DNA from: Phoronis australis
Lineage: Eukaryota > Animalia > Phoronida
Assembly: GCA_002633005.1 (NCBI GenBank)
Contig: NMRA01000037.1
Coordinates: 124,001 to 188,000 of the forward strand
Direction: 5' to 3'
DNA: 64,000 bases
Every line of letters starts with the position of its first letter. Position 1 is the stretch's first letter. The notes below the pieces were generated by a model. That model was given only the letters and a program-made list of their open reading frames with translations. It ran no database searches and was not told the DNA's origin. This document shows, one piece after another, positions 40,901 to 53,404 of the stretch. A program made the position numbers and the translations under genes.

Positions 40901-43900
40901 TGCTAGATTTAGCTAAAACTGGTTTCGTGGAAAGTGTGAATGATATTGTTTCAGGAGTTAGAGTTTGAGCCAATCATCTGCGAGATTTGTGTGCTATGAT
41001 GAGTTCTCTTTCAGGCACAGTCGCTGTCGGTCCAATCAGCCAACATTGCTCAATGGAGCCATCTGTTGGCCAGTTTACCCCTCTATGCGACCCACTTGTC
41101 ATCAGAGCAGCTTGAGACGGTGTCCCAATTTTTAATCAACAACTACACACTTAAGGAAAGGTATAGAAGTGATAATGCATTATTAGTATCAACTATATTA
41201 AATACTAAGTGGTCGGCTATGCTTCTGTTTGTTCTGATGATTTGATCTAAAGTAAACATAGGCAATGAATTGTTGTACCCTAATCAATTTTGTTGGTGTC
41301 TGGATTTAGATTATAATTGGTGGTATGTTTTCTCATTAATAATTAGACCATGTTTCACTGTTTCGTGTTTAGCAGCAAACTAAACTTTGACAATGATTTG
41401 CTGTGTTGTTCTGGGGTAAATAAATGTGTGAAAAATTATTTCCAAAATTTATTTTTATGCGCCCACATATTTATATGTTATTTGTGCGTCCACCCCTCTA
41501 TCAACCAAACCGCTCAAAGGATGATTGTGAAAATTGGCGTGTATGTGCTTACTATAAGGAAGACAGCTGACAATGATTTTCAGACGATTTGGACTACTGT
41601 GGCGCCTCCTAGTGGCAGTTGTTTTTTTTTTGCGCCTAAGGCTGTATCTCCTAAACCNNNNNNNNNNNNNNNNNNNNNNNNNNNNNNNNNNNNNNNNNNN
41701 NNNNNNNNNNNNNNNNNNNNNNNNNNNNNNNNNNNNNNNNNNNNNNNNNNNNNNNNNNNNNNNNNNNNNNNNNNNNNNNNNNNNNNNNNNNNNNNNNNNN
41801 NNNNNNNNNNNNNNNNNNNNNNNNNNNNNNNNNNNNNNNNNNNNNNNNNNNNNNNNNNNNNNNNNNNNNNNNNNNNNNNNNNNNNNACCGTTTGCAGGAT
41901 CTTTACTAAATTTAGCAAGTGTATTTATGTGATGTTGACAACGGACGATGACGACTTTAGGATGATTCTGACTACCGGTATGCCTCTAGTGGCAATTTTA
42001 GTATTTTACATTGACCTCTGTATTTTCATAGGTCTTCAGGTGTATACTTTGTGTTACTTCGTGACTATGAAGGAAAAGTTCCAAGTAGAAATTTGTTTCT
42101 GGCTTTCTAATGCTGTGCTAATCTCGTATGTTGGTAAATTTGTTTTTAATTCTATGTTTCTGTGGTGCTTTAAGCAACTGGTGTATAGGATGTGCTTGTA
42201 TTATGAAGATTACTCACATTTTGCCCCTAGCCTATTGAGGAGACAATGTTTCCATTTTGCAAAGTACAACATACTACATAAATGCCCTCTACTGGCCACT
42301 TTATGGTACCAATAAACAACCCTAGAAGGATACCGTATGCGGTGCAATTGTGGGCGCATTTCAACGCTCTGCGTTGCTCTTGTTCCTATTTGTCCCATTT
42401 TGTCTGTTAAAAGAACCATTGCATAACTGAAATTCTAATCTAACTAAAATGACAGCCTTTCGGAAAGCACTGGCTTTATGAAAAAGTTTGCCAGGTGGCG
42501 CTAGTGCAGCTATGATCCTACCTGTAGTGTTAGCCCTCAGACATCTCCATGCTATCAATTAGGTGATAAAAGAAGTTTTAGCTCCACCTAGTGAATGTAA
42601 AGGCTCCCATTTAGCTTTAACTATGTGTAAAATAAATAAATTAAACGTGTTTCTGTATGTAATTGTAGTGAGGGTGGTGTCAGATGCTGCACAACACGAC
42701 GGATTTGCTGTGACTTTCTCACATCGAGCGTGTTCCTTGAGCTGAGCCAACTACACTCAACTCTGCTCCGCTGTGTCTGGCGCAGTATCTTGAACAGGCA
42801 GTGTGACACTACCCCACTTAAGAGGTAAGGCGCACATACCCTGCTCCAGTACGGACCCCATCTGATATTTCAAAGATGGATCTTGCGTAATAATTATTTT
42901 GAAGTTGAGTCAGTTAAACATCAACAACGTGTAAGCAATCAATTGAAATTTCCCCCAAAAATGAAAAAATCAAAAAAGCTTAACTTTCATCTATTTGGTG
43001 AAACTGTTGTCCTGTCATCTGATGATGCTGTTAAACTAGGTCAAGGGTTAACGAGGTCAAGAGCCAGCAAGTACCCTGCTCACCGATTGCTCGTTTGGCA
43101 GTGATTGGGTTGTATGCCAAAAGGTGCGCATGGCAGGGAAAGAGGTATGCGAACTGCTAGATGTCAACAAGGACTAGTGACTGTACATCACATTGCCATT
43201 GTTTAGCTATATTGTTGATAAATCTGATTACAAGCGCTCACGCGAAGATTGCCATATTCATATCCAACGTTCCAAATTCCCCTGAAGATGGTTTGTTTGA
43301 AATAACCGAAATGTTGAATATGAATGTGTCAATCTTCACGTGCTCTCTTGTGATCAGACTTGTTAATATTTTGACCAAAATGCAATATTGTTGATGTTAC
43401 ACTGACAGACAAACTGATTCAGTGAATGCATTTTGTTTCCTTCCCTGTTGAATTTTATGGTGTGACTTTATGCAGGTATTGGATGTAAAGGGGTCATGAT
43501 TATAGCTACACACGTGAGCTCTTTGGTTTTCCTGGTAGAGTTAGGTGAGAAAAAGAGAACGCACTAGTTTACATCTGATTCAAGTGCAAATTGATTTTGT
43601 GACTCGCACATGGCTGGATTTTTGATTTACTAGTTACAAAATTCACTTTTTACCTTTCCTTATTATTTGCTTTAGTGTTCTTAAAGTTTGTATGCACAAA
43701 TTTGTTGGTAAAGAATATGCCATGATGCTGTTTTTGCTGTTGTTTTTCTCAGCCCTAAAATGAAGAAAAAGAGGCGGAACATCGATGATCTGTCACTTTT
43801 GATTGACAGTAACTTGAAGGCGGAGTCTATTGATGCGTTGGTTGTGTGTTCTGACGTTTGCAAGCTGCCATCTGGTTTTGAACATGTTAGAGATTGTTTG

Positions 43901-46900
43901 CAGGTGAGTAGAATGTTGTATTTCAGAATTCCAAATTTCATTGCAAGATGTAAACTTTATGGATGTATCCAGTATTGAAGCTTCAGTTAAAGCAATTTTA
44001 AATTTATATATGTGCACTTTTTTCCTGTCTGTTTTGTTGTAAAATTACTTTCCTCAGTGAAACAGTATTTTGAATATCTCCCATTCATGTCGTGTTTTTA
44101 GTGAGACTGATTGTCATTTATATGGAATTGCTTGAGGAGTACTTTTTGGTTTTGTTGATTTTGTGCGTGTGTGTGTGTGTGTGTTTTATTCATGCACTCT
44201 ACAAAATTGAGGACATCTTCTCACAAGTTTAAAGAAAGGGTAATTCATGCAATGTTCCTGTTGTCATTCTTCGTTACAGATCATGAAAGCTATTCCATTG
44301 GAAAACATCGAAATCCTAGATGGCACGAGGTGCCTAGCCAACTCACTGCTTCTAATGCTAGCTTGTAGTCATAGCAGCATGTCAACATCAGGCAGTGACA
44401 TCTGTGAGCTGTGTGCGGAAGTGTGCTGCCTTCTCCTGGATGGGGATTGTATACTTCCACTGTTCACCACTAGGGGATCTGATGAGCTACTGTCTAGGAT
44501 GATAGAACTGGGCACTGCAGGAATGTACATCAGAATGGTGGTCAAGAAACTGTTGGCTCTTGCTCTGAGAGACGAATCAAGTTTATCAGCATTAGACTCT
44601 TGTGTCAAAAAGGTAAAATTATGGAAACGTTCGTAAGTCAAACTGTCCTTGCATGTGCTCCATAGATTTTGGCTTCTTCTTTGAGTCTGTTGTATGCCTA
44701 ATAGAAAACACATTATTATTTGTAAATCACTATGAGTAATGCCTTCCATTTAATTTTCTTTTTGCTGTCTTTAGCTTCTTTAAGCCCGTTTCCTGCTTAC
44801 ATGTTCATTGGTTTGTTTTTCTGTTTCAGATGACTTCCATTGAAGGGAAGCTAAGTGACGATAACAAAGTTGTGCAGTTTCTGCCATTTGTGATGAATGC
44901 TTTGGTCAGGGTAAGTCACTCAGTTCTATCAATGTTCAGGGTTAGTTACTTAGTACTATTAATGTTCAGGGTAAGTCACTTAGTACCATCAATGTTCAGG
45001 GTAAGTCACTTAGAACTATAAATGTTCAGGGTAAGTGACTTAGATTAGTTGCTTAGTATTATCAGTGGACATGGTAAGTCACTAAGTACCATCAATGTTC
45101 AGGGTAAGCCACTTTGTACTATCAATGGTCAGGGTAAGTCACTTAGTACTATCAATGCTCGCATAAAGAGATGTTGCATTGCAAGATTTTAGTTTTAAAA
45201 AGTTGCTTCTTCTGACTTCAAACTGAATAAAAGATCTACGAATTCCTTAATTCCCGTGCCTCCAGGAAATGCCTGACATTACTTGGTTGCTGTCACGCTC
45301 ATTTTAGAGACTTCGTTGTAATTTGAAGCCAGTGCGCTTGTTGATCATCTTAGCTTGTGGTGAATCTGTTGTCTGTTCTCTACTATAGCTTCATGTGAAG
45401 ACGTACATCACCGAGTCCATGCGGAGTGCCAGTCAAGTATATCTTGTCGCGACAGTCAACACTGTTACCTCACTAACAAGCCAAATGCATGCCAAAGATG
45501 TGCTGTGTAGCAACATGGCTTGTGTGGTGGAAAGTTTCAATGTACTGCTCTGGTACCTTTGCGTTACTGGCTCGGATAAGTTGGCTGATTTGTGTAAAAC
45601 TGTTGAGAAGGTGGCGAAAAAGGTTTCCATAGAACTTGAGAGGGTAAGTGTACTTCTTGCAGATGTTCAGAAATACGCAAATTAGGGATACAGCTTGTTG
45701 GCCACACAATACTTATGTTATGGTAAAAACTTATTTTCAATGCTACTACCTCATCTCAAGTTAGGTTGAGTCATGGACATTGCATAGATATGATTATACT
45801 CATAGAGGGTGGGCCTGGATCCCTTCTCTAGGCATTACCAAAAACCAGCAGCGACTTGTACTTGGCTGGAATGTTACATAAAAGTTCTAGATTGTCTAGT
45901 GAAATCGGTTAAATTTGTATTTAGTATGTTAGTATACAAGGATAATAACTTTAGTTATACCAAGTTCTTCTTGTACTGTCTTGAATTTATCGTTAAACTA
46001 TTTAAGGTTTTGTAGGACTCTAGAAACCCTCAGAACATAATATCTGAGAGATGGGTTATTGCATTCTTTTAAACTTTCAGGTGTATGCTTTATGCAGTGT
46101 TTGCCAAAATGCATTTAACAATTGTTTTCAAAATGTTCCCCATTTGTACGAGGGGCTATCACAAAATTAGACTTTTTTATTGTCATAAAAAAATCAAAAG
46201 TTGCATAAAACAAAAATATATTAAACAAAATTTGGTCATGTTGGTGAAACGATGGTTTTGTACGATCCTTTTTTGCAAAACGTTACTAAAAAGACATGGT
46301 CATGTGACTCGGCTAATGGAAGACTGCCAGTTTATACACTGATATTTGGCTCAATACGCAGTCTTGTCACTATGGTCCAACATAAGCTTAGGTTAGTTCA
46401 TCCAGTGTGTTCCAGGGGGCAGCACATGAGCTTCCTACAGGTAATAGGGAGAAAAGGGAGTGAACGAATGAACCATAGTCTTTGTTTGGTCTCCCTTTTT
46501 ATTCTGCTTGCTCACTTGACATTAATGTTGTTGGCTGCCGCTTTTACTTGAACTCAAATTTTTCAGCCTGGGACTAGGTTCACTGTGTTAGCGCCTTGTT
46601 TGCGTTTCTTACAAATCACGTTTGAGTTCAAAGACAAGTTTTCGAATCTAAAGACTGTGAAGAACCTTTGCCGCAACTTCTGGAAACGTTTTGCCAAGAT
46701 GCTAGGGGACACAATCCAGACATCCACGACAGTCCCAATGGCAGCGGACAGCGACGTAGGAACAGAAGGCGATAGCTGTGAAATTTCAAAAGGTCAAAAG
46801 TCACCTCAAGATTTATGTCGTCTAACCTCCGACCTGCTTGCTTTGGTTAATGCTGAACGGTTGCACCGTCAGACTGAAGGAGACGAGTCTCCAGTGAGGT

Positions 46901-49900
46901 GTGACCAAGTGGAGGATGTTAGAGCTGAATTGAACAAGACGTTTGTTGCATTCATCGCCAGCTGTGAAGTGGAGGAATTCACTGAAGTTGTGCACAATGT
47001 AATATCGATGTTGGTACGTTCCACAGTTTTGGTTTGTTAGGGGTTTTTAAGTGCTGGATCGCTACTGTTGTTTAATGAATTTCAGCAGTTGCCGGAATCA
47101 CGTGACAGTAAAGTTTTGCGAAAAACTTGTCATTGGTGTTGTTGAATACTGATTTTTTTACTATGTGTGTGTAGATTAGTTCTTGTAACAAGATTTTTTG
47201 TGTGCTTACAGTGCAACTGATAACTCATGACAATTAAATCTGAAAATTTAACGAAAAATAAGTAGCATACGACAATAAACAATTCCTAATAGAATGTTAT
47301 GGCTAAACAAAAGTCTTTAATACTATATGTCAAGTGATTGGATTTGATCCGTGAAAAGTTACATCATTTATGGGTCTTCTGGGTGATATAATTATTGCTA
47401 GCTGGGAGAACCATTTGTAGGTCTCCTCTATGGTATAGTGCTAAATTGCTGGTTTCAGAGCTCGAGTCACAATGGTTACAAGCAAGTTGTATGTGGTTGT
47501 TTACTGTGGCGTCAATTATTGAAGATGGCACTGTCAGAGCAATTTGTCCGCGTAATCTCAGTTAATACGCCAAACGTAAGTCATGAAAACGATTAACACT
47601 TTTTGTATTTCATGTTCTTTATTGTTGCAGTTATTTGTGATGTGGGCCAGTGGCCTTAAAAAAAGGAATTGAAAATCAAAGACAATGCTATGTAGGTGCA
47701 AGGACAAATGGAATCAATCTTGAGTGGAGTGAAAGTTTTGTCTTTGCCCAATAAATGTAATGCTTATTCCACTGCTACTACAGGGTGGATTGAAAGTTTT
47801 GTCTTTGCCCAAGAAATGTAATGTTTATTCCACTGCTATTACAGGGTGGATAGATGTTTGTTTATCTTTTAATTATTGATTAATTCCAAGGTTGTTAAGT
47901 GCGTATTTACACATTATAATGCATCAAGTTTTTGCCAATGATATCATTGCTGTTCCAAAATACTTAGTAATGCTTAAATTATGAAATTTAAAAACATTTG
48001 AAAAATAATTTTTTGAAAAAAACAAAGATGGGCATTTGCCCAAATATGTGTAACACATAAACAAATGTTTGTTTTGGTAGCTGATACTCCCCTATAGATG
48101 GTTATTTACAAGGGTATGAAAATGAGCACGGAATAAATTGCGAGTGTTCACATTTACCAAATCTGAGCCTTTGAAACATTAGATATCTAGAATTTGATGG
48201 TGAACATTCAACCAAAACTGCATTAATCCACAAGAGTGTGATATGTTCTGAACACGTTCCCTATTACAGGTACTCATCAGTTGTCAAGCCCTAATGGTAC
48301 ATTTCTCTACAAAATGTCAAGAGCAAGCTGTGCACGACACTGTGTTGGGCATTCTAGATACATTGGTCATCATCCTCACCCAGCATGCTGTGAGTGTCAT
48401 TTAAAGTGTCATACTATTTAAAGGGCACAGCAGCTTTTTGGACGTTACCTTTCTTGAAATTCCAGTTCAGCGGTTATTTTGGCGAGACGTTTTCTGAGTT
48501 CGTAACTGCTCCCTTGGTGTGCATTTATTCTCCATTCCGCAATAGTTGGATGTAACGTGCCCACATTTTGATGCCCGTTATTCAGTGGAGAAAACTTGTT
48601 CAAAAAATGCGTGCACCCGATATCCGACTATTACCTTCCATTCAACTATGAAAACTGTTGTAAATGGCCCAGCAAAAAGTGTGTATCTTGGTCGCGCATG
48701 CACTTCCACTGATCAAAGAGGACTGATCAACAAGGACTGTTCAGTAGTGAATCTGACATTGCACAATGGAAGTGAATGGACCACTATCCGGTCGTTTTGC
48801 TGGTCTGTTGGCATCAGTTAGTGTCATAGCATGGGGAGTGAATGCATGCGTACAAGAGGAATAGTAATTTGCACAAAAAGTGACTACAAGACGCAACAAT
48901 TTTCCGCATATTTTGAAGGATAATTGCTAAATTATGATTTTTTATTGTTTTACTGCAAATAATTAGAAATTGACCAAAAATTCTTTTATGACATCTACAC
49001 GGTAAAAATGATGCTAGTGATAGACTAAAATTTTCTTCATCTTTAGATTTTCAAAAAATAGACAAATTAGAATTTCACTTGTCGGCCATATTGTGTGCTA
49101 AATACCTGAAGAATTACCGTTGCCAGGAATCCATATTTTTAGTAAAACTAAGATCAAAAACAGTTAATTTCCTCTTTAAGAAATGCAGGACTTGGTTTTT
49201 TTCTCTTTTAAGGGGATTTCCTCTTATTTGATTTCCAGTTTCCTCTTTTTCATCTCTTTTTTAATATTATTTTGACTTCATTCATGCAAAAAATGTTTGC
49301 TGCAGTTAAATTTTACAACACAAAAAAGTTTCTGTCATGTAAGCATTTTATTTGTAGAACAATACGTCACCTAGAAAAATTTCCTCTTTTTTGTCACGGT
49401 TCATTCCAAGCTTTGGAAATAACACTTATTTAGGAAAGAGTATGGTTGAGATTAATTTTTTCATTAAAGTTGTGTAACACCAAACAATTGACTTATCAGA
49501 TTTAAAGTTCTTCACCACATCCACCTTCAGGAATATTTTGAAAACCTGGGAATTTGAAACAATGTTAGAACGCGTTGAAAAACGAAGTGAAGTTTAGCGA
49601 CTACTTTCACCTGAAATTTGCAAGATTTTGCCATATTAGTTTGCATAAAATAGTGTCTAGGAACTGAGAAATAGTAAGCTTGATCATGTAAACTCTCAAA
49701 TATGTCCTACATTGCAGAGTTCACTTCCAAACCAGTCAGTTGAGCTCTGTCTCCAGACATTGTTGCTGACACCTGTGTCTGGATTACACACGTCTGTCTT
49801 CACACAAGTGGTTCAGGCCTACCACAGTGTGCTCAATGAAATGTTGGTTCACCACACGGCAGCTACCCTCTCAATGGTCCCTAGTTTCCTCAACTGTTCG

Positions 49901-52558
49901 AAACATATCCTTTTACATTATTAATTTTGCTATTTTGAAACAGTTTATTATGTAAGCTTTGGTAGGCATTGTCTGTTAACAACCTGGCGAACATCAAAAC
50001 TCTCAACACTTTTTACGAGGGTTGACCAACCCTTAATTTGAGAAATCTAAAGGGTGCATGCGAGCACTGCTCATGACTTGAGTTGGTAACAGAAATAGAG
50101 AAATCCTGTTACATCATAGACTGTAGTACACGGACCGCCAACTCTGTATATTTTCAATGGGCAATATCTTTGATCTTATGCATAAACCGTGACGTAATTA
50201 TTCACTAGCGACACCTGCCAAAATTAGTAAGTTTTACTTCCGGCAAGTATGTTGTCTGCTAATCATGGCTGGCTGTTGTGTGGTCGGGTGCCAAAAGTAT
50301 TAACGATACCAACAGTTCTATTGTTGGAAGACTTTGAACAGCGTTTGAATGCCGAATTTTTTTTTCGGTGTACTGGACGGTATAAAAATAGATGCAAGAA
50401 TTTCCCATCACAATACATTAACCGGAAACTGAAATTGGTAATTTAGGTGAGTGGCACCTCCTCTAGGATGGTACGCAAGAAAATGTCAGTAGTTGCGAAT
50501 CTGCTGCCTATAAACTATGATTACAGTAAGGAATATTACAAGTCCAACATTGTGTGGGTAAAAGGTTTTACTTGCTTTCGGTTTTTAGTAAGCTAACTTA
50601 AGCAGCTTCCAATGTTTCAGTATGAGATTTGGCATGACATGTCGAAAATGCTTTTTTACCTGACATGTGTATGTAGTGTGGTTCCTGTCAATGGGTCTAT
50701 TTGAGTGTTAGCATGGTGTACTGATCCTTAACTGAAGTCACGCTTGCTAAGTGCTGTCCTGAGTGAAGGGAGGCAGCGCCCAGAGAGCCTGGTCATGGAG
50801 GACGTCGAGAATCTGGTGAAGTGTGCTCACCTTGTGGACAGGTATTGTCGTATTTCGTGGGTCATTAAAAAACCGCGGAAACGTCAATTATACAGCTGAA
50901 AATTTGAAATATCAGCTTTGATGTTTTTTTTTTCAAAAAAATTTTGTCGTAGATTGTAGAAGGAAATGTGAGTAAACTTGCAGAGGGTTATTTGGCCGAG
51001 ATGAGTCCACAAGTACTAAGTTTTGAAGTAACGTTATTGAGCAGCACTCGGTAATAGGAGTTGTGGGTGCTTAGCAGTTGACTGACATTTTTATGTGTTG
51101 TAATTCTTCGGGTGTACTGCTTAGTGGTTCTCTCGCACCTTTGCCTCAACAGAATGTTGAATATTATTGTTCTTACAATTAATGATCTTCACAAATGTTT
51201 ACTGTTGGAGGTGATATTGACACTTTTTTTTGTCGTCAGGCTGTTTGCATTGATCATCACTTACAAATTGGATTTCTCCAAAGTGGCCATTTATCCGATA
51301 ATCGATTACGTGAGCGAGGTGCAGAAAGTGACTCTTATACCCGCAGTAAAGGTCAGTCTTCTTTCTTTGGTGGTATGTCATCTGGGATGCGTTCCGTAGG
51401 GCGTCTGTCACAAAAACTTGCGGCAAGATATCCTGAATTGTTCAATGGAAGTTAAAGTGAGCTTGCTTTCTGTTTACTTCCATACTTCAACCTACCAGCA
51501 TTGCCATCCAGTCACTTTCAGTATTGGGCGTTTTGCTAGTTTACACTAATGAGATTACAAGCTTACTCACGAAACTCTCACGAGGTCTTGTCTTGCATAA
51601 GCATGAATTTTGAAGAATTTCGCAAGATGTTAACCTTATGGAGCGCTCCCCTGATGCAACTGATTGCTTGAATTTTGTATTTTCACTGCCTGGACCTTAT
51701 TGTATCTTTGGCATTGAGAATCGCCGAGGACAGGTTTTCTGTTTTTCATTTTGATTAAAATATGAAAAAAATGAAATTATTCATCCTTAATTGAACTCTT
51801 TTCGTTGTCGAGGTAAGAAAACACTGCAAGATGGGAACGTTCACCACTTTGGGCTGAGTAAGACTGCCTAGCAAAGAAAGATACTTTGCTCATCGTCCAC
51901 TTGTCAAGTATTCTGGTGATGGCAGTGCAACTCACTGTGAATTATGGTGACTCGCAAAGTATTTTTCTTTAGCAATGTGAGAACAAGGTTAGAAAAGTGT
52001 CTGGTAGATGTGCCGCATTGTGACTATTTAAGTAGCACCCTTTTCTTTCCAGACAGTGTAACCAAAATTACTGCCTTCTTGTCCTATTAGGACTCTTTGA
52101 TGCTCCCAATTCATATTTGCTGAAAAAGATTTAGCCAAGTAATTTTGAGTGCATCACAGTCCAGAAATAATTTATAAAAATTACCTCACTAACTAGTAGG
52201 TACGTGTGAATTCTCAGACAGTTTGCACTTTTGCTCAAGCGAGGTTTAATTGTCTTTCAGAAATTAGTTGCTTGGAGCATAAGATCAAATTTCTGACATT
52301 CGTCTTAAGTCACTTTTCATGAAACGGACACCTGGAATGTGCAAGACACAAATTTCTGTATCAACAGAATAACGTCTTAATGGTAATGAATACTTTTTAC
52401 AGAAAGCCTTGTTGCCAGCCATCTATAAGCTACTGGACATCTGTGATGAACATGCCATAGCACAGCTGCACACCATTCTTAGTGCTGGTGTCAAAGAGAT
52501 ATTTAAGTCAGTCTATGCTGAATACACCAAGTATCACAGGTATAAGGGAAGAGTGTAA
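28994..52558 (+). CDS. URB2: URB2 / Npa2 nucleolar ribosome biogenesis protein; 28 coding exons, 1455 aa
   Basis: Exons, all phase-consistent, total 4368 nt: 28994-29015, 31391-31541, 31826-31928, 32381-32509, 33099-33227, 33819-33937, 34727-34850, 35511-35587, 36079-36164, 36859-37003, 37479-37590, 38284-38441, 38953-39047, 39459-39865, 40513-40662, 41015-41160, 42669-42824, 43753-43903, 44280-44612, 44830-44910, 45389-45643, 46567-47013, 47459-47575, 48270-48389, 49718-49904, 50742-50841, 51240-51351, 52403-52558. URB2-like motifs: N-terminal SWxxR...VPNKNQVCLDW, central YARLRQIPKF, and a C-terminal Urb2 domain (EGRQ...KCAHLVDR...EVQKVTLIPAVK...IYKLLDICD...EIFKSVYAEYTKYHRYKG). Confidence 0.93.
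29209..30307. mobile_element. 1.1-kb non-autonomous TIR element in URB2 intron 1
   Basis: GCACAGGCGCTTGAGTTT ... AAATTCGAGCGCCTGTGC inverted termini, flanked on both sides by ACACAGTCACAGGC. No transposase ORF. Confidence 0.6.
32853..32916. repeat. 30-bp tandem duplication
   Basis: AAGTTATATTAGxATGGATATAATCCTCTC occurs twice. Confidence 0.7.
34869..34992. repeat. 31-bp minisatellite x4 at the start of URB2 intron 7
   Basis: AGAGATGACTGTGTTGAGACTGGTTGATTTT x4, with one substitution. Confidence 0.92.
36320..36511. mobile_element. Short MITE with TA flanks, related to fragments near 2460-2512, 3337, 22480-22670 and 48900-49120
   Basis: TA-CAGTAAAATCTCGCCAACTTTGGACAGAAT ... ATTCTGTCCTAAGTTGGCGAGGTTTTACCA-TA. 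Confidence 0.75.
37094..37191. repeat. 25-bp minisatellite x4 in URB2 intron 10
   Basis: TACCAGGTCACATGACTGTACATTA x4. Confidence 0.9.
41452..42384 (+). mobile_element. Helentron-associated non-autonomous element (HINE/DINE-1-like) in URB2 intron 16; spans the assembly gap at 41658-41886
   Basis: Subterminal inverted repeats ATGCGCCCAC (41457-41466) and GTGGGCGCAT (42350-42359), a 3' hairpin CAACGC-TCT-GCGTTG, T-rich ends without a TSD and internal degenerate core repeats. Nearly identical to 54770-55801. Confidence 0.78.
44903..45160 (+). repeat. 30-bp minisatellite (~8 units) made of the URB2 exon 20 donor splice site
   Basis: Unit GTAAGTCACTTAGTACTATCAATGTTCAGG, starting at the real junction CAGG|GTAAGT (44910/44911). 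Confidence 0.9.
47731..47851. repeat. ~62-bp tandem duplication
   Basis: GAAAGTTTTGTCTTTGCCCAAxAAATGTAATGxTTATTCCACTGCTAxTACAGGGTGGAT occurs twice. Confidence 0.8.
49905..50741 (+). other. U12-type (minor spliceosome) AT-AC intron, URB2 intron 25
   Basis: The 5' end is ATATCCTTT, the branch site is TCCTTAAC (50725-50732) and the 3' end is ...GTCAC. Splicing restores the frame: FLNCSK-R-LLSAVLSEGRQ. Confidence 0.92.
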
Positions 52559-53404
52559 GGCTGTGATCATTCTTAGCCAAGATTTAGTGCCGAATGAATC
52601 AACTCACTCGGAGAGTGTGCAACTACAGTGGTCAGCCTGAGTCATGTGATGGAATGGAGACAGTTCGTCACGCCCTATCGTTCTTATTGATTTGGCGTTG
52701 TAGTCAGATACGAGGATTATTGCACTCAGGAAGTGTGGAATTATGGGAAATGACTCGAGCATTACAAGACGACGAATTCAACGTACACGTCATCCATCTC
52801 CCAGTTCTGAAGAGATAGACACCAGCAGAGTTCACAGAGACACACAGCAAATATTTTGCGAAGTCCTTTTACGTTTTGTGATTAATTTAAATAATGCACA
52901 GCACTGGCGCTGGACGTTGTCTACCAAGCACTCTGTAGCCATCTAATGGTGAAGCGTATTACTTTAAGTCACGGCAGTATTGGAAAATGGGTATTCATGT
53001 ATGAAGATCACACAAGACTCTCACTGTGCAATCCTAAGGAACCAAATGATGAAGAATTATGGTTAGGGTGAATGGACCAAGATGATGATATTTTGCTGAT
53101 GTACTTTTTGTAGATAATAAGCCAATGTTTGATGTCCGTGGAATATTATACTTTATAAATTATTTATATTGTATCGCAGTTATATGGTTCTTCCTGAACA
53201 GGAGAGTTGAAGTCTACAGCTTATTATGCGAGCGGTCTTTCTTTTCTGTCCTTGTTAGTCTTCCCCTTTCACATTTTCACACCTTAGTCAGTCATTTACA
53301 GACAGTCATTAGCTGGTCCTACATTTCATTTTGCCATTCATGTGAACTCTCTCTGTCTTTAACAGTAAAGCGCCTTTTCAAGGCACTAAAACGTTAAGTG
53401 TCTG

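Noticed and set aside
41350-42315. 321-aa ORF and overlapping ORFs
   Set aside because: They are open only because of the N-gap and lie within a non-coding repeat.
34869-45160. 25-31-bp repeats as CRISPR arrays
   Set aside because: The units are head-to-tail with no unique spacers, there are no cas genes, and the context is eukaryotic introns.
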